Below, one piece after another: positions 15,946 through 25,660 of a stretch of 29,702 bases of DNA. Every line of letters begins with the position of its first letter. The first letter of the stretch is position 1. The notes beneath the pieces were generated by a model that saw only the letters and a list, made by a program, of their open reading frames with translations, was not told the DNA's origin and ran no database searches. Both the position numbers and the translations under genes were made by a program. Source of the DNA: Candidatus Thorarchaeota archaeon. GTDB taxonomy: Archaea; Asgardarchaeota; Thorarchaeia; Thorarchaeales; Thorarchaeaceae. The DNA is taken from positions 1 to 29,702 of the forward strand of contig RDNZ01000035.1 in NCBI GenBank assembly GCA_011364905.1, given 5' to 3'.

Positions 15946-17283
15946 ATGCTCACAGGTTTCCAAAAGATGTACTTCGGTATGGCTCGCTTAGGACCAAGTA
16001 TAATGCTTGATATACTTGACTTGGCTAGTGCGCTGTTCTACTTCTCTCTCAACTCTCTGCCCGCAATCTACACTGGAACAGCAATAGGTCTCAGCTACAT
16101 CTCTATCATGTTGTCTGAGTTGACATTCGGAAACTTGAGCGATAGATTTCCGACGAAGCGATGGGGAAGGCGGAAACCGTTTATTATGGTTGGAGCACCT
16201 CTAATGGCTGCCTCATTCCTATTGGTGTTTAGTCCTAGTCTATTTCTAGCAGAGGGAGATGTAATTGGGCTGTTTATCTATGCAACCATTTCAATGAGCC
16301 TCTTCAAAGTGTTTTATGGAATGACAATGACTCCTTTCCAATCATGGATGCCCGAATTGACCGAGCCTGAGGAGAGACCCGCAGTTTCATCCTGGCTGAA
16401 TGTTGCAAACTTTATTGGCTTCACTATTGGTACATTTGGAACTGCACTTCTTGCCATACAACTGACTACGTGGGGTATCCCACCGATGATAGAGATAATG
16501 ATTCTCGTTTTCGTAGCTATTGCACTTCTTGGATTCTTGCCATCTTTGATTGGACTACACAAAGAAGGTAGATTCATACCACAACCCTCGATAATGAAGG
16601 ATCTTAGCAGGGCACTCAGAAACCGTGACTATGTCGGGTGGCTTGTTGCACAGGGTTTACTCTCTGTGGGAGTTGCCATGGTCATAAAGACAACATTTCC
16701 TTTCATCAACGACTACCTTACTTTCGGAGTAACAGAGTTCGTTATCTTTGGTGTTGAACTTCTTTCAGTTGTCTTCATCTTCTTCGTCATTTACCAAATT
16801 ACAATTCGGCGGAAAGGAAAACGATTCACTCTACAGCTGGCAATGATGCTAGCAGTGATTTCTCTGCCATTCACTTTGGTTATCACAACAGCTTGGGAGG
16901 GATTCACTCTTCTAGCCTTTACTGGTGCAGGAATTGCAGGATACTATCTCTTACCGTATATCGTGTATGCTGATTTCGCACACAGGGATGAGATAGAAAC
17001 AGGAGAAGGGCATGCTGGATTCTATACAAGCTTCCCCACAATCCCAATAAACGGTATGAATGCGCTCTCTGGATTCCTCTGGGGCATCATCTTTTCACTT
17101 CCTGTGATTGTTCCCGTGCCTGGAAGAGCTGAACTGGTGACTCAAGGGTATCTCTTCTGGGGCCCTATTGCCGCACTGTTCCTCCTCATGTCGGTCTTAG
17201 TTCTCTTCAAGGTAAACATCGACCCTGATTTCAAAGCATTAGAAGCAACATACCAAGAAAATCAACCACAACTCGAATCATGA
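15946..17283 (+). CDS. MFS transporter, GPH/MelB-like family
   Basis: About 12 TM, G.LSDR....WGRRKPFI, PFQSWMPELT.PEER, AD..H.DE..TG...AG.Y. Confidence 0.88.
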   Translation: MLTGFQKMYFGMARLGPSIMLDILDLASALFYFSLNSLPAIYTGTAIGLSYISIMLSELTFGNLSDRFPTKRWGRRKPFIMVGAPLMAASFLLVFSPSLFLAEGDVIGLFIYATISMSLFKVFYGMTMTPFQSWMPELTEPEERPAVSSWLNVANFIGFTIGTFGTALLAIQLTTWGIPPMIEIMILVFVAIALLGFLPSLIGLHKEGRFIPQPSIMKDLSRALRNRDYVGWLVAQGLLSVGVAMVIKTTFPFINDYLTFGVTEFVIFGVELLSVVFIFFVIYQITIRRKGKRFTLQLAMMLAVISLPFTLVITTAWEGFTLLAFTGAGIAGYYLLPYIVYADFAHRDEIETGEGHAGFYTSFPTIPINGMNALSGFLWGIIFSLPVIVPVPGRAELVTQGYLFWGPIAALFLLMSVLVLFKVNIDPDFKALEATYQENQPQLES

Positions 17284-17345
17284 AATGAATTCGGAAACTA
17301 CTTACGCATTCAGGGATAGTGAAACTCTATCGAGGTCGTGTGGAT

Positions 17346-17780
17346 ATGAGTGTGATTGAACGCGTGGTTGTCAGGTTTGCAGGACCTGAAGACTTGGAGT
17401 GGTGTGTTGTCGAAGATGAACATGTCACAGAGCAGATCATTCGACACAAGATAGTGAATGATGAGATCATTATTGCAGAGTTGGATGGAAAGCAAGTAGG
17501 ATATCTCAGGCTTGAGTATCTGTGGTCTACTACTCCGTACATTGCTGTTGTTTTTGTTGAAGATGATTACCAAAAGGAAGGTATTGGACGAAAAATCCTT
17601 TCATTCTTGGAGGACTATCTCCGAAGCAGAGGTCATGATAGGCTTTTTAGTTCCTCAACAGTGAATGAGCCTGAACCTCAAGCGTGGCATCGAGCAGTGG
17701 GGTTTGTTGAATCAGGGATGATCAATGAAATCAATGATGATGGCATAGGTGAGATTTTCTTCCGAAAATCACTCAACTGA
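17346..17780 (+). CDS. GNAT family N-acetyltransferase
   Basis: V.VEDDYQKEGIGRKIL acetyl-CoA motif, A..WHRAVGFVESG. Confidence 0.88.
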   Translation: MSVIERVVVRFAGPEDLEWCVVEDEHVTEQIIRHKIVNDEIIIAELDGKQVGYLRLEYLWSTTPYIAVVFVEDDYQKEGIGRKILSFLEDYLRSRGHDRLFSSSTVNEPEPQAWHRAVGFVESGMINEINDDGIGEIFFRKSLN

Positions 17781-17899
17781 TACCTGAAACCTATCTCAAT
17801 GTCGACCGAACTTGTTCTCAGAGTAAGGCACGGCTGAAAAGAGAAGCAAGCATAGAATGGCCGCTGCTGTGTTGAACTCGATTATGCTGTTTGAGGATA

Positions 17900-18403
17900 T
17901 CACTTCTTGAAAAGGTGTGCACCAGCAGCATCAAACATCTCAAAGACGCCATCACCTGTTTTCGCAGACACTTCAAACACCGGTGCATCGTATTCCTTAG
18001 CGAACTCCTCAGCATCCTCGCGTGTGACTCCCATCCCCTCAATCCGTTCATCGATCTTGTTTCCGACGATGAATACTCCACATTCAGGTACTGCGTTGTG
18101 CAATCTGGAAATCCAATCTCTCAATCTGTGGAGGGTAAAGATACGATTCACATCATACACAGCGATACCAAGTCTCGAGCCAATGAAATAGTCAGAGATG
18201 ACATCTTGAAATCTTGGTTGCCCCCCTAGGTCCCATATCAAGAGGGTAACGGTAGTGAAATCCACCGTTACCTTCTTGGTCGCGAAGTTGACGCCAATTG
18301 TCATCTTCATCTTTTGGTCGAATCGATTCTCAGTGTACCTGACCGCCAAGCTAGTCTTACCGACACCGCCCTCACCGAGAAGAACGGTTTTGTAGACTGG
18401 CAT
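17900..18403 (-). CDS. Rab-like small GTPase (minimal G domain)
   Basis: GEGGVGKT, TIGVNF, WDLGGQ, NKID, VSAKTG. Start at MPVYK chosen because the G domain begins there. Confidence 0.93.
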   Translation of the reverse strand: MPVYKTVLLGEGGVGKTSLAVRYTENRFDQKMKMTIGVNFATKKVTVDFTTVTLLIWDLGGQPRFQDVISDYFIGSRLGIAVYDVNRIFTLHRLRDWISRLHNAVPECGVFIVGNKIDERIEGMGVTREDAEEFAKEYDAPVFEVSAKTGDGVFEMFDAAGAHLFKK

Positions 18404-18495
18404 ACGGGCGCTCAAGTGATACAACCTCGGAGGAGTGGTCTTTATCCTGCACATATAGCTTTTTAGTTGATATGGCGTGATGGTGTTGTTTCAGG

Positions 18496-19401
18496 TCATG
18501 GCAGGTAGAATGTTCCCTCAGCTACAAGCCTGACCTTTCCTGAAACATGGACCTCCTCCATGCCCTTATCAGGGACCCTCACTATCAAGTTACTGGGTCT
18601 CTTTATCTCGTATCCCTGTTCGATACTGATTGGTTCTCCAAACTGATGGTTCTGCAATACGCCATGCTTCTCAAGGTATGCTCCAAGTGGACCAGCTGCG
18701 CTTCCCGTGGCTGGATCTTCAACAACTCCCACTTCTGGGGCGAACATTCGTGCATGGACATGAGAATCAGAAAACGAGGTCTCAGTTGAGAATATCAAAA
18801 CCTGCTTGGTTGAGAAACTAGATAGGTCAGTCTGAAACGCTTCAGGAATTGGAGTCGCTCGTTTTACAGTTGAAAGTGTCTTCAGCGGCACGATGATGTA
18901 GGGAAAGCCCGTTGAAACGACCTGAACAGGAAGATCAGGATCAATGTCACTCAGTTCTAATCCAATAGCCCCTGTTACTCGTGATAGATCATCAAGAGGC
19001 TTCTCGAAGACTGGCGCTGGCTGTATCATTCGAATGCTGTCGTTCTCTAAGAAATCAACACGAATGGGTCCAACTCCAAGTTGTAGCAAAGCTGTTTTCT
19101 TCCCTGATTCTAATATTCCCTTTAGCCTTAGAACAAATGCTGTTCCAAGGGTCGGATGTCCAGCAAAAGGAATCTCTGCTGCAGGTGTGAAAATGCGGAC
19201 TTTGGTAAGGCAATCTTTAGTCGTTGGCTCCATAATAAAGGTAGACTCAGAAAAGTTCATCTCAAGAGCCATTCCCTGCATTTCTTCCTTTGAAAGGTCT
19301 TGGTTTGCTTTTTTGTTCCAATATGTGGCTAGCTGATTGCCGCCGAAAGGTTGCCGGTCATCAACAAATACACTAGTTTGGACATACGGAATCTCGCGCA
19401 T
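18496..19401 (-). CDS. PhzF-family isomerase/epimerase
   Basis: PFGGNQLA, EMNFSESTF, RIFTP..EIPFAGHPTLG, ARMFAP..GV.EDPATGSA, QG.EI.RPS. Confidence 0.93.
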   Translation of the reverse strand: MREIPYVQTSVFVDDRQPFGGNQLATYWNKKANQDLSKEEMQGMALEMNFSESTFIMEPTTKDCLTKVRIFTPAAEIPFAGHPTLGTAFVLRLKGILESGKKTALLQLGVGPIRVDFLENDSIRMIQPAPVFEKPLDDLSRVTGAIGLELSDIDPDLPVQVVSTGFPYIIVPLKTLSTVKRATPIPEAFQTDLSSFSTKQVLIFSTETSFSDSHVHARMFAPEVGVVEDPATGSAAGPLGAYLEKHGVLQNHQFGEPISIEQGYEIKRPSNLIVRVPDKGMEEVHVSGKVRLVAEGTFYLP

Positions 19402-19461
19402 ACCTGAGTTGGACTCAATCTGTCTTATCCAACTTTTGGTGTGTCATCTTCGAGCACTAGA

Positions 19462-19941
19462 TTAACACTTGACCTTGTCAAGCTCGCCCTGGCAGATCTG
19501 TTTGTCTTCTTTCCCTGAAATCGCATCGATTGCCTTCTGTGCCATTTCGCTGTACTTCTTGCACTCTGCCTTATTGCCACTCACTGAATGTGCCCGAGCA
19601 AGAGCCTCGTATATGAAAGGCATATCCCAGTCCTTCCAATTTTTATCCGTCTTCTCTGCTTCTTTTGCAAGCTCGAATCCCCTGTTTGCGTGGAACATTG
19701 CAGGTTCGCTTCTTTTCATGTGTGCGTAGATTCTTGCAAGCATGTATTCAGCTCTTACTGCGTTCACAATTGTCCCAACTTTGCTCCAGTGATAACGTGC
19801 GGTATGGGCCATATGCATGGCCTCTTCCAGTTCCTCAGCTGTTGGGTTTTCTTTGTCAAGAGTTGGCCATATCCCATTATTAGTTTGAGCTGCTATTTTT
19901 CTATGAAATTCCTTCAGAGTCATTTTTTCTTTATCTGGCAA
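19462..19941 (-). CDS. Hypothetical all-helical (TPR-like) protein
   Basis: FHRKIAA..NN..W, AHTARYHW..VG, R.EY.LARIYA, YEALARA pattern of a widespread uncharacterised family. Confidence 0.8.
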   Translation of the reverse strand: MPDKEKMTLKEFHRKIAAQTNNGIWPTLDKENPTAEELEEAMHMAHTARYHWSKVGTIVNAVRAEYMLARIYAHMKRSEPAMFHANRGFELAKEAEKTDKNWKDWDMPFIYEALARAHSVSGNKAECKKYSEMAQKAIDAISGKEDKQICQGELDKVKC

Positions 19942-20165
19942 TGAATATCTCTCCCTTACTCATTTCAAACATACAATCAAATAAAAATTTAACTATTGTT
20001 ATCTTTTGCTGTCAGATTTGCATAGTAACATGTTGTGACCCTATTTTGTGACACTGCTTTATATACCAGAAGTGCGTGATTTTAGATAGAAAGACACAAC
20101 GCAAACGGCTTAAGTGAGCATGCCGCTGATAAAAGCCAAAGCGTTGAATTTTGAGGTTTAAATAA

Positions 20166-21254
20166 ATGACACCAACTGACGACGATGTTACTCCACCTCC
20201 AGACGATATGCCTGAGGACGTCGAGGATGTGGAGGATGAGATTGAGAGGGAACCCGAGCCTCACAGAAGGAGGGGCCACACTCGACGTAGAAGGTCAAAG
20301 CTCCGAGAGTACAGCTCAATGGGTAGCTTCATAGCTTGGATGGCCTTTCTAGTTGTATGGTTGTTCTTTTTCGCAGGTAGCTACGGACTCTTCGAAAACA
20401 TAGCTGTTGTATTGATAGCTCTCCTGGTCGTGTTTGCTGCGAATGCTGTGCTCTGGATCCCACTTGATCAGGGCTGGAAAGCTCGGTCAAGTGCCATTAG
20501 TGCCTTCATCTGGTTTGCGTTTCTGATTCTGTGGATCTTCTTCTTTGCAGCAGACTTTGGAATCTATGAGAACATAGGAATTGGTATCGCATCTCTCTTG
20601 ATAATAGGTGCAGTCAATGTTGTTCTTTGGGTTCCATCTGCAGGAGAAGGACGTGGATCTCGAGTGAGTGCACTTGGCGGCATTGGATGGTTAACATTCA
20701 TGGTCTTATGGCTTCCATTCGCCAACGATTTCGCACTCATCTACCCGATTAATGGATATCAGAATATGGCCATAATTCTTGCTTCATTCTTATTGATGCT
20801 GCTTGTGGTGACATTCCCCTGGCGTTCAGAAATCTCCATTGGCATAGATGCGACGCCTGGTGTATCCATAAGAGCAAAAGGCAGTCTAGCTGGATTCCTG
20901 CTTTATCTCGTATTCTTGGTAATATGGATGTGGGCTTTCGCCTCCGGATTCTCAGCTAATCAAAATGTTGCAACGATTCTAGTATCATTTGCCATTTTTG
21001 CTGCGATCATGGTAGGCGCATGGTTGCCCTGGTCCCGTCGCAGAGGTGAAGGACCAGAGAACTGGTGGGCTATTGGATTGGCCTTTGTTTGGGTCATTGC
21101 ACTGTCAATCTGGTTCTGGTTCTTTGCAGACTCATTTAATGCATATCAAAACTTTGCTGTCTTCCTTGTTTCCTTAATGGCAATAGTTGCGATTAGTGGC
21201 GGTGCTCAGTGGAAGAAAATCCGCGACTTTGAGTCCTTGGACTGGGATGACTAA
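20166..21254 (+). CDS. Polytopic membrane protein made of five TM-hairpin repeats
   Basis: Five copies of approximately W..F...W..(F)FA..F..(Y)[EQ]N.[AG]. Acidic then Arg-rich soluble N-terminus. Confidence 0.85.
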   Translation: MTPTDDDVTPPPDDMPEDVEDVEDEIEREPEPHRRRGHTRRRRSKLREYSSMGSFIAWMAFLVVWLFFFAGSYGLFENIAVVLIALLVVFAANAVLWIPLDQGWKARSSAISAFIWFAFLILWIFFFAADFGIYENIGIGIASLLIIGAVNVVLWVPSAGEGRGSRVSALGGIGWLTFMVLWLPFANDFALIYPINGYQNMAIILASFLLMLLVVTFPWRSEISIGIDATPGVSIRAKGSLAGFLLYLVFLVIWMWAFASGFSANQNVATILVSFAIFAAIMVGAWLPWSRRRGEGPENWWAIGLAFVWVIALSIWFWFFADSFNAYQNFAVFLVSLMAIVAISGGAQWKKIRDFESLDWDD

Positions 21255-21265
21255 CTAGGGTTTTG

Positions 21266-21292
21266 AGGATGGTGGGATTTTCCTGCCATCCT
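21266..21292. terminator. Hairpin between convergent genes
   Basis: AGGATGGTGGGA-ttt-TCCTGCCATCCT, 12-bp stem with two G-U pairs on the + transcript, followed by TACTCTTTATTTT. Confidence 0.6.
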
Positions 21293-21308
21293 TACTCTTT
21301 ATTTTGGA

Positions 21309-22076
21309 CTAATAGGCCAACCAACCACCATCTACGGCCAAAGTATGACCTGTGATGTATCTAGCATCATCGCTCGCTAGGAAGCAGGCTGCGCCTCTAA
21401 TCCACTCATTTTCAGCAAACATCGGAAGCGCTGTTCGGGGTTTAATTACTCTGGCACTGATGGCTTTGTCCTCCATTGCCCCAATGGACATTGCGGTGGG
21501 AAAGAATCCTGGTGCAATGGCGTTTACTCGAATGTTGTATTTTCCAAGTTCTACTGCAAGAGCTTTTGTCATTGTAACCAACGCCCCCTTTGAAGCATAA
21601 TAGCTGACCTCGGTGAATTCGGTCGCTCCGAATCCAAAAGTCGAGGACATGTTAATAATGGATCCAGACTTCTTTGGAATCATTACCTTTGCAACTTCTC
21701 GCGTTGCTAGAAAGGCTGAGGTCAAATTTACGTCCATTACAGTGTGCCAGTCTTCAAGGGTTTGTTCTATTAATGGCTTTACGATGTACATTCCCGCATT
21801 GTTCACCAAAACATCGACAGTTCCAAGTTCTTTCACTGTTGAGTTAACGAGGTTAATGATATCTGACTCAACCGTTACATCAGTCTTGATGGAAAGCGAC
21901 TTTGTTTTGTATTTGTCAGAAACTTCATCGGCAACCTTCTTCAGAAGTCTATCGCGTCTTGCACCAAGTGCAACATTGGCTCCTGACTCTGCGAACGCAT
22001 GGGCAAACTGCTCGCCAAGACCGCCTGAAGCTCCTGTTATAATTACGACTTTTCCATCTAGATTGTACTTTGTCAT
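21309..22076 (-). CDS. Short-chain dehydrogenase/reductase (FabG/gluconate dehydrogenase-like)
   Basis: TGASGGLG, NNAG, YYASK, IRVNAIAPG, YITGHTLAVDGG. Confidence 0.93.
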   Translation of the reverse strand: MTKYNLDGKVVIITGASGGLGEQFAHAFAESGANVALGARRDRLLKKVADEVSDKYKTKSLSIKTDVTVESDIINLVNSTVKELGTVDVLVNNAGMYIVKPLIEQTLEDWHTVMDVNLTSAFLATREVAKVMIPKKSGSIINMSSTFGFGATEFTEVSYYASKGALVTMTKALAVELGKYNIRVNAIAPGFFPTAMSIGAMEDKAISARVIKPRTALPMFAENEWIRGAACFLASDDARYITGHTLAVDGGWLAY

Positions 22077-22153
22077 TGGCAACACCTAAGTGATACGATT
22101 TGTCTTGTCTTGAAATGCAGACTCCCTATTAAGTCCAAAGATACTCACTGATT

Positions 22154-23122
22154 CTACTCCGGAGTCGGCAGATCACACGGTTCTACTATTGTATCAAACT
22201 GATTCGTTTGTTTACGAATTTGGTATAGTCTGAAGAGTCCAATTGGCACAACTATCGCTAGCCAGATGATTATATCCCCAGCCGTGGATATGAGGACATT
22301 GCTACCAGAGGGATCTAACCACAATTGCCCTAGTTTCATCATTTTGACAAGTGGGAAAACCAGAACCAGACCAAAGACTCTTTTCAACTGCACTGAATTC
22401 ACCCTGCAAGCAAGCCTTGAACCGAACTGAGCTCCTATGACCATTCCAACTCCTAGGGCCAATGCATAGTACGGATTGATGTATCCCTGAATGAAGTTCA
22501 TGGCAGTTCCTGCTGATGCTGTAAACATCATAGTGAACATACTAGTTGCTACTGCAGCATGCATCGGCAGTCCCATAAGAACAGAGAGAACGGGAACGAT
22601 TATTGCACCGCCACCGATGCCTAAGAGCCCTGCAGAAATCCCTCCCACAAATCCGCCTACGAGGGAAATTACTAGCATTTTATTTTTCAAATCTGACATA
22701 CTATAACTCGCAAGCTCTGAGGCGATGTCGCCTTTTTCACGTCTGACAGCGAACAGCATCTTGATAGCTACTGGCATAAGTGCAAGTCCGAAAATGATTC
22801 GCAAAACATAGTCGTTTTCAATCAATGTGCGAAGTACGACTCCTAAAACAGAACCTGGAGCTGTTGTTATAGCGAGAAAAAGTCCCGCTCTTGAAATAAT
22901 TGGCCGAGGGTTCTGTCTCCAGTATACCATGCTGCTTGCTACTGCAAGAAACAAAGCGGCAACAAGTGATGTGGCAGGCGCAACTTGGGCACTCAAAAGG
23001 AAGATGATTATTAGAAGTGGAGTATTGAATACACCTCCACCTATTCCAACCATAGAAGAGATTGTTCCAACGCCAACCGCATAAAGAGCAATGAATGCCG
23101 CCATTATGACTATTTCTTGCAT
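22154..23122 (-). CDS. TauE/SafE sulfite-exporter (TSUP) family permease
   Basis: Duplicated G..S..VGIGGG...P and G..AGLLGIGGG.IIVP motifs, A.ATS. Confidence 0.9.
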   Translation of the reverse strand: MQEIVIMAAFIALYAVGVGTISSMVGIGGGVFNTPLLIIIFLLSAQVAPATSLVAALFLAVASSMVYWRQNPRPIISRAGLFLAITTAPGSVLGVVLRTLIENDYVLRIIFGLALMPVAIKMLFAVRREKGDIASELASYSMSDLKNKMLVISLVGGFVGGISAGLLGIGGGAIIVPVLSVLMGLPMHAAVATSMFTMMFTASAGTAMNFIQGYINPYYALALGVGMVIGAQFGSRLACRVNSVQLKRVFGLVLVFPLVKMMKLGQLWLDPSGSNVLISTAGDIIIWLAIVVPIGLFRLYQIRKQTNQFDTIVEPCDLPTPE

Positions 23123-23171
23123 TACAATCCTTCCGAGGAAGCTCCGCTTTCAGACCACTACTTAAGGTGTC

Positions 23172-23603
23172 CTATGGGGGAGTTGGATGTTTTGCAATCC
23201 AATAGAGACCAATGAATGCTACGATTAGCCCTAAGAGAAAAAGAATCGCCCCAACATTTTGTTCTAGGGTATTTCTGCCGTATACATATATGACGATGCC
23301 ACCCGCAATAACCAGAAATCCCACAACTGCAAGCGTCATCGCAGGTTTTGAATTGAAACTTAGAAAGCTTGGCAGAGAATTGTCTCTCTCTATTGCTGGT
23401 GCGCTTGATAGCTTCACATCAGATTTAAAGAACCTACTCTCATCTTCTGCTAAAGTTCCCTTCAACTCGCCCGAAGCGAGCAATTCCTTGATTATTTGCA
23501 CCACCTCATCAGATGTGAGTTCAAGTCGATCAGCAAGAATCTCTACAGCACTAACGTTCTCGTCCATTACTAGATGCAGCAACTCATCTCTCTTTTCTGA
23601 CAC
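23172..23603 (-). CDS. PCI-like winged-helix domain with two C-terminal TM helices
   Basis: LADRLELTSDEVVQIIKELLASGELKGTLAEDESRFF, then two hydrophobic helices. Confidence 0.7.
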   Translation of the reverse strand: MSEKRDELLHLVMDENVSAVEILADRLELTSDEVVQIIKELLASGELKGTLAEDESRFFKSDVKLSSAPAIERDNSLPSFLSFNSKPAMTLAVVGFLVIAGGIVIYVYGRNTLEQNVGAILFLLGLIVAFIGLYWIAKHPTPP

Positions 23604-23696
23604 GCTTTTTCACATCCTTTTATGCTCGCATCGCAATTAGCCATATTTCTTTTCCCCTGAATACTTCTGATTGGCAATACCTTTTGTATATACGTG

Positions 23697-24545
23697 TCAC
23701 GACCTTGTCGCATGAAATATAACTTCTCCAAGACTTGTTTCATAAATTTCTGAATCGGGGAAATATCGTCTGATGACTCTGTAGACTCGTTCTCCCTCAA
23801 CAACTCCAAGTTCCGGAAACAACTCGCTTGATGTTATCCTGATGAACTCACCGATTGTTGGTTTTGCGGGTTCATTGAAGAATGCGAAAGGTGCAACGAT
23901 ACGAAGTTTCCCATTCTTACTGAGGACTCGCTTACATTCCGATATTGCTTTCGGAAGTTGATTTGCTTTAGGAACGCCATGAAGGTGGATTTCTGAGAAA
24001 GTTTCCTTCTCAGCTGCCATCTTTGTGATGTCTTCTCCTACTACTTCGTAGTTGATTCCTGTTTTCTGCAGTATAAGGTCTGATCCAACAATGGATATGC
24101 TCGACTCTTCGGAGGATAAAAGGAGTTCACGAATAAAGTTGAGGTCATTTGTCTTCATGTAGGGGATAGCTGCGTAGAGGATTTTGCCTTTTCTTCTTTG
24201 TTCATGATACTTCTTAGAGAACGAATACAATTTCTGAGGGTTTTCGTGTCTATAGATGTCATAAAAGTGAAGGATTGTTTCGATACTACTCTTCAAATTC
24301 TCTCGCAGATATGACTCTGCGGCTGGTCCAATCTCGTATATTCTTCTGTAAGGTCCTAATGGTCCTGGCTGCAAGGCACTTGTGATGAGCTTGTCACTTT
24401 CCATTGCTTTCAGTAGCTTTGGTAATCTTGTTCTCTTTGGATCTATGTAACCTGCCATTGAGTATAAGATATCATAAATTGATGATGGGGTTTCATTAAG
24501 TTCCAGCAGAATCTTCCTGATCAATTCGGACCGAGCTGGTTTCAA
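23697..24545 (-). CDS. PadR-like wHTH regulator fused to a degenerate SAM-methyltransferase-like domain
   Basis: L..LL..ME...LITS....GP.GP.RRIYEI (PadR wing). VVGEDIT......ETFSEI and AISECKRVLSKNGKLRIV (class I MTase C-terminal half). Confidence 0.7.
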   Translation of the reverse strand: MKPARSELIRKILLELNETPSSIYDILYSMAGYIDPKRTRLPKLLKAMESDKLITSALQPGPLGPYRRIYEIGPAAESYLRENLKSSIETILHFYDIYRHENPQKLYSFSKKYHEQRRKGKILYAAIPYMKTNDLNFIRELLLSSEESSISIVGSDLILQKTGINYEVVGEDITKMAAEKETFSEIHLHGVPKANQLPKAISECKRVLSKNGKLRIVAPFAFFNEPAKPTIGEFIRITSSELFPELGVVEGERVYRVIRRYFPDSEIYETSLGEVIFHATRS

Positions 24546-24680
24546 TCAAACACCTCAATTGAAAAAGAAACTGCATTAATGACTTAATACTCAGACGTTT
24601 GACGTAATTTCCACCGAATTAACTCGTCTTCAGCTACTGCGCTAATGATTTCGCTTATTATTATGTAAGGATGACGTCTA

Positions 24681-24896
24681 ATGGGGATTTTAGCGTTGAA
24701 AAAGTGTCATTCTTGTGGCATGGTTGAAGAAGACGGCGAGGACTTACTCCGTGAGTTTGAAGGAGAAGTCTATTGCATATTCTGTTTGGATGGAAAAGGT
24801 AAGCCCCTAATCACGAATGAGGTCCGTAATAGTATCAGATCCTTTTGGGCGCATCGAGAGTTAAAGGATAACTTGTCCAAATCAAACATTGGATAG
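24681..24896 (+). CDS. Small zinc-ribbon protein (Zn_ribbon_2-like)
   Basis: CHSCGM...VYCIFCLDG. Divergent from the PadR fusion. Confidence 0.6.
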   Translation: MGILALKKCHSCGMVEEDGEDLLREFEGEVYCIFCLDGKGKPLITNEVRNSIRSFWAHRELKDNLSKSNIG

Positions 24897-25561
24897 TTTA
24901 ATTCCTGTAATTCTGCATTCTCACATGCTAAGTATTAGGAGGATGCTGCATAGAAAAAGACGCCATTTCGATTTGACCGCTCTTTCGAAGTGCAGAAGTC
25001 CTGAAGTTGGAGTGATAACACCAATTTGGCGCCAAATACACAGAAGTATCTTGTGACGAATCCTGCCTTAAATTGGCTTTCTGATCTGCATTTTCTTGAA
25101 AAATCATCATCTCTGTTGGATCGCAAAAACCATGTTTTCACACTAATTGTTTACCATTAAGGTTCCTCATGTGGACCATTTTTGACCTTTCGATAAATCG
25201 TCAGCTCTTGTTTTCACGTCATCTGTTAAAGGGTCAGGGGCTCTTTCTATAGGCCTTGGTATGCCCCAGTGCCTCCCGATATGCCTGTATATCCTTCAAC
25301 TCTTTGTACATGCAAGATTGGTCCATATATCGAGATACTCGTCGAAAAAGGGAAAGGTTTGAGAGTCATCCTCTCGGGACGGTAAAATGGAAAAACAGAC
25401 CGCAATTTTCATTGACGATTTTTCGAAAGGAGTTGAGAATGCGCAAAGACTTGCTCATCAAAACTGTATGGTCTTTTGTATGCAAAACAGCAATCAGCGA
25501 TTTTGTCGCTAGTGCTGTGAAAAAGAACGAGGGCGAATCAAAAAACGAAATGGGCATAGGG

Positions 25562-25660
25562 TTATATTATACCTTTGCAGACTTTCTCAACATCAGGTCC
25601 ATGCTGAACGGATCTCGTTCGTGGACCTGAGAACTGCGATCTGGAGGAACTTGTTCCTCC
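25562..25660 (+). promoter_or_regulatory. TATA-like box and two-hairpin structured 5' leader
   Basis: TTATATTATA (25562-25571). Stem TCAGGTCCAT/GTGGACCTGA with inner GAACG/CGTTC (25593-25630). GGAGGAAC/GTTCCTCC (25643-25660). Confidence 0.45.

Noticed and set aside
18496-19401. Phenazine biosynthesis cluster
   Set aside because: Lone PhzF-family gene with no phzA/B/D/E/G neighbours
5709-23640. Many 60-185 aa antisense or nested ORFs in the track (e.g. 6035..6589, 14275..14607, 21613..22089, 23212..23640)
   Set aside because: They shadow well-supported genes and show no recognisable motifs
25324-25345. Another copy of the copper operator (ATATATCGAGATAC)
   Set aside because: Only one half-site, with no GATATAT at 6-nt spacing
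25256-25630. 124-aa ORF in the long intergenic region
   Set aside because: TTG start without an evident ribosome-binding site, no motif, and it overlaps the putative promoter and leader of the next gene
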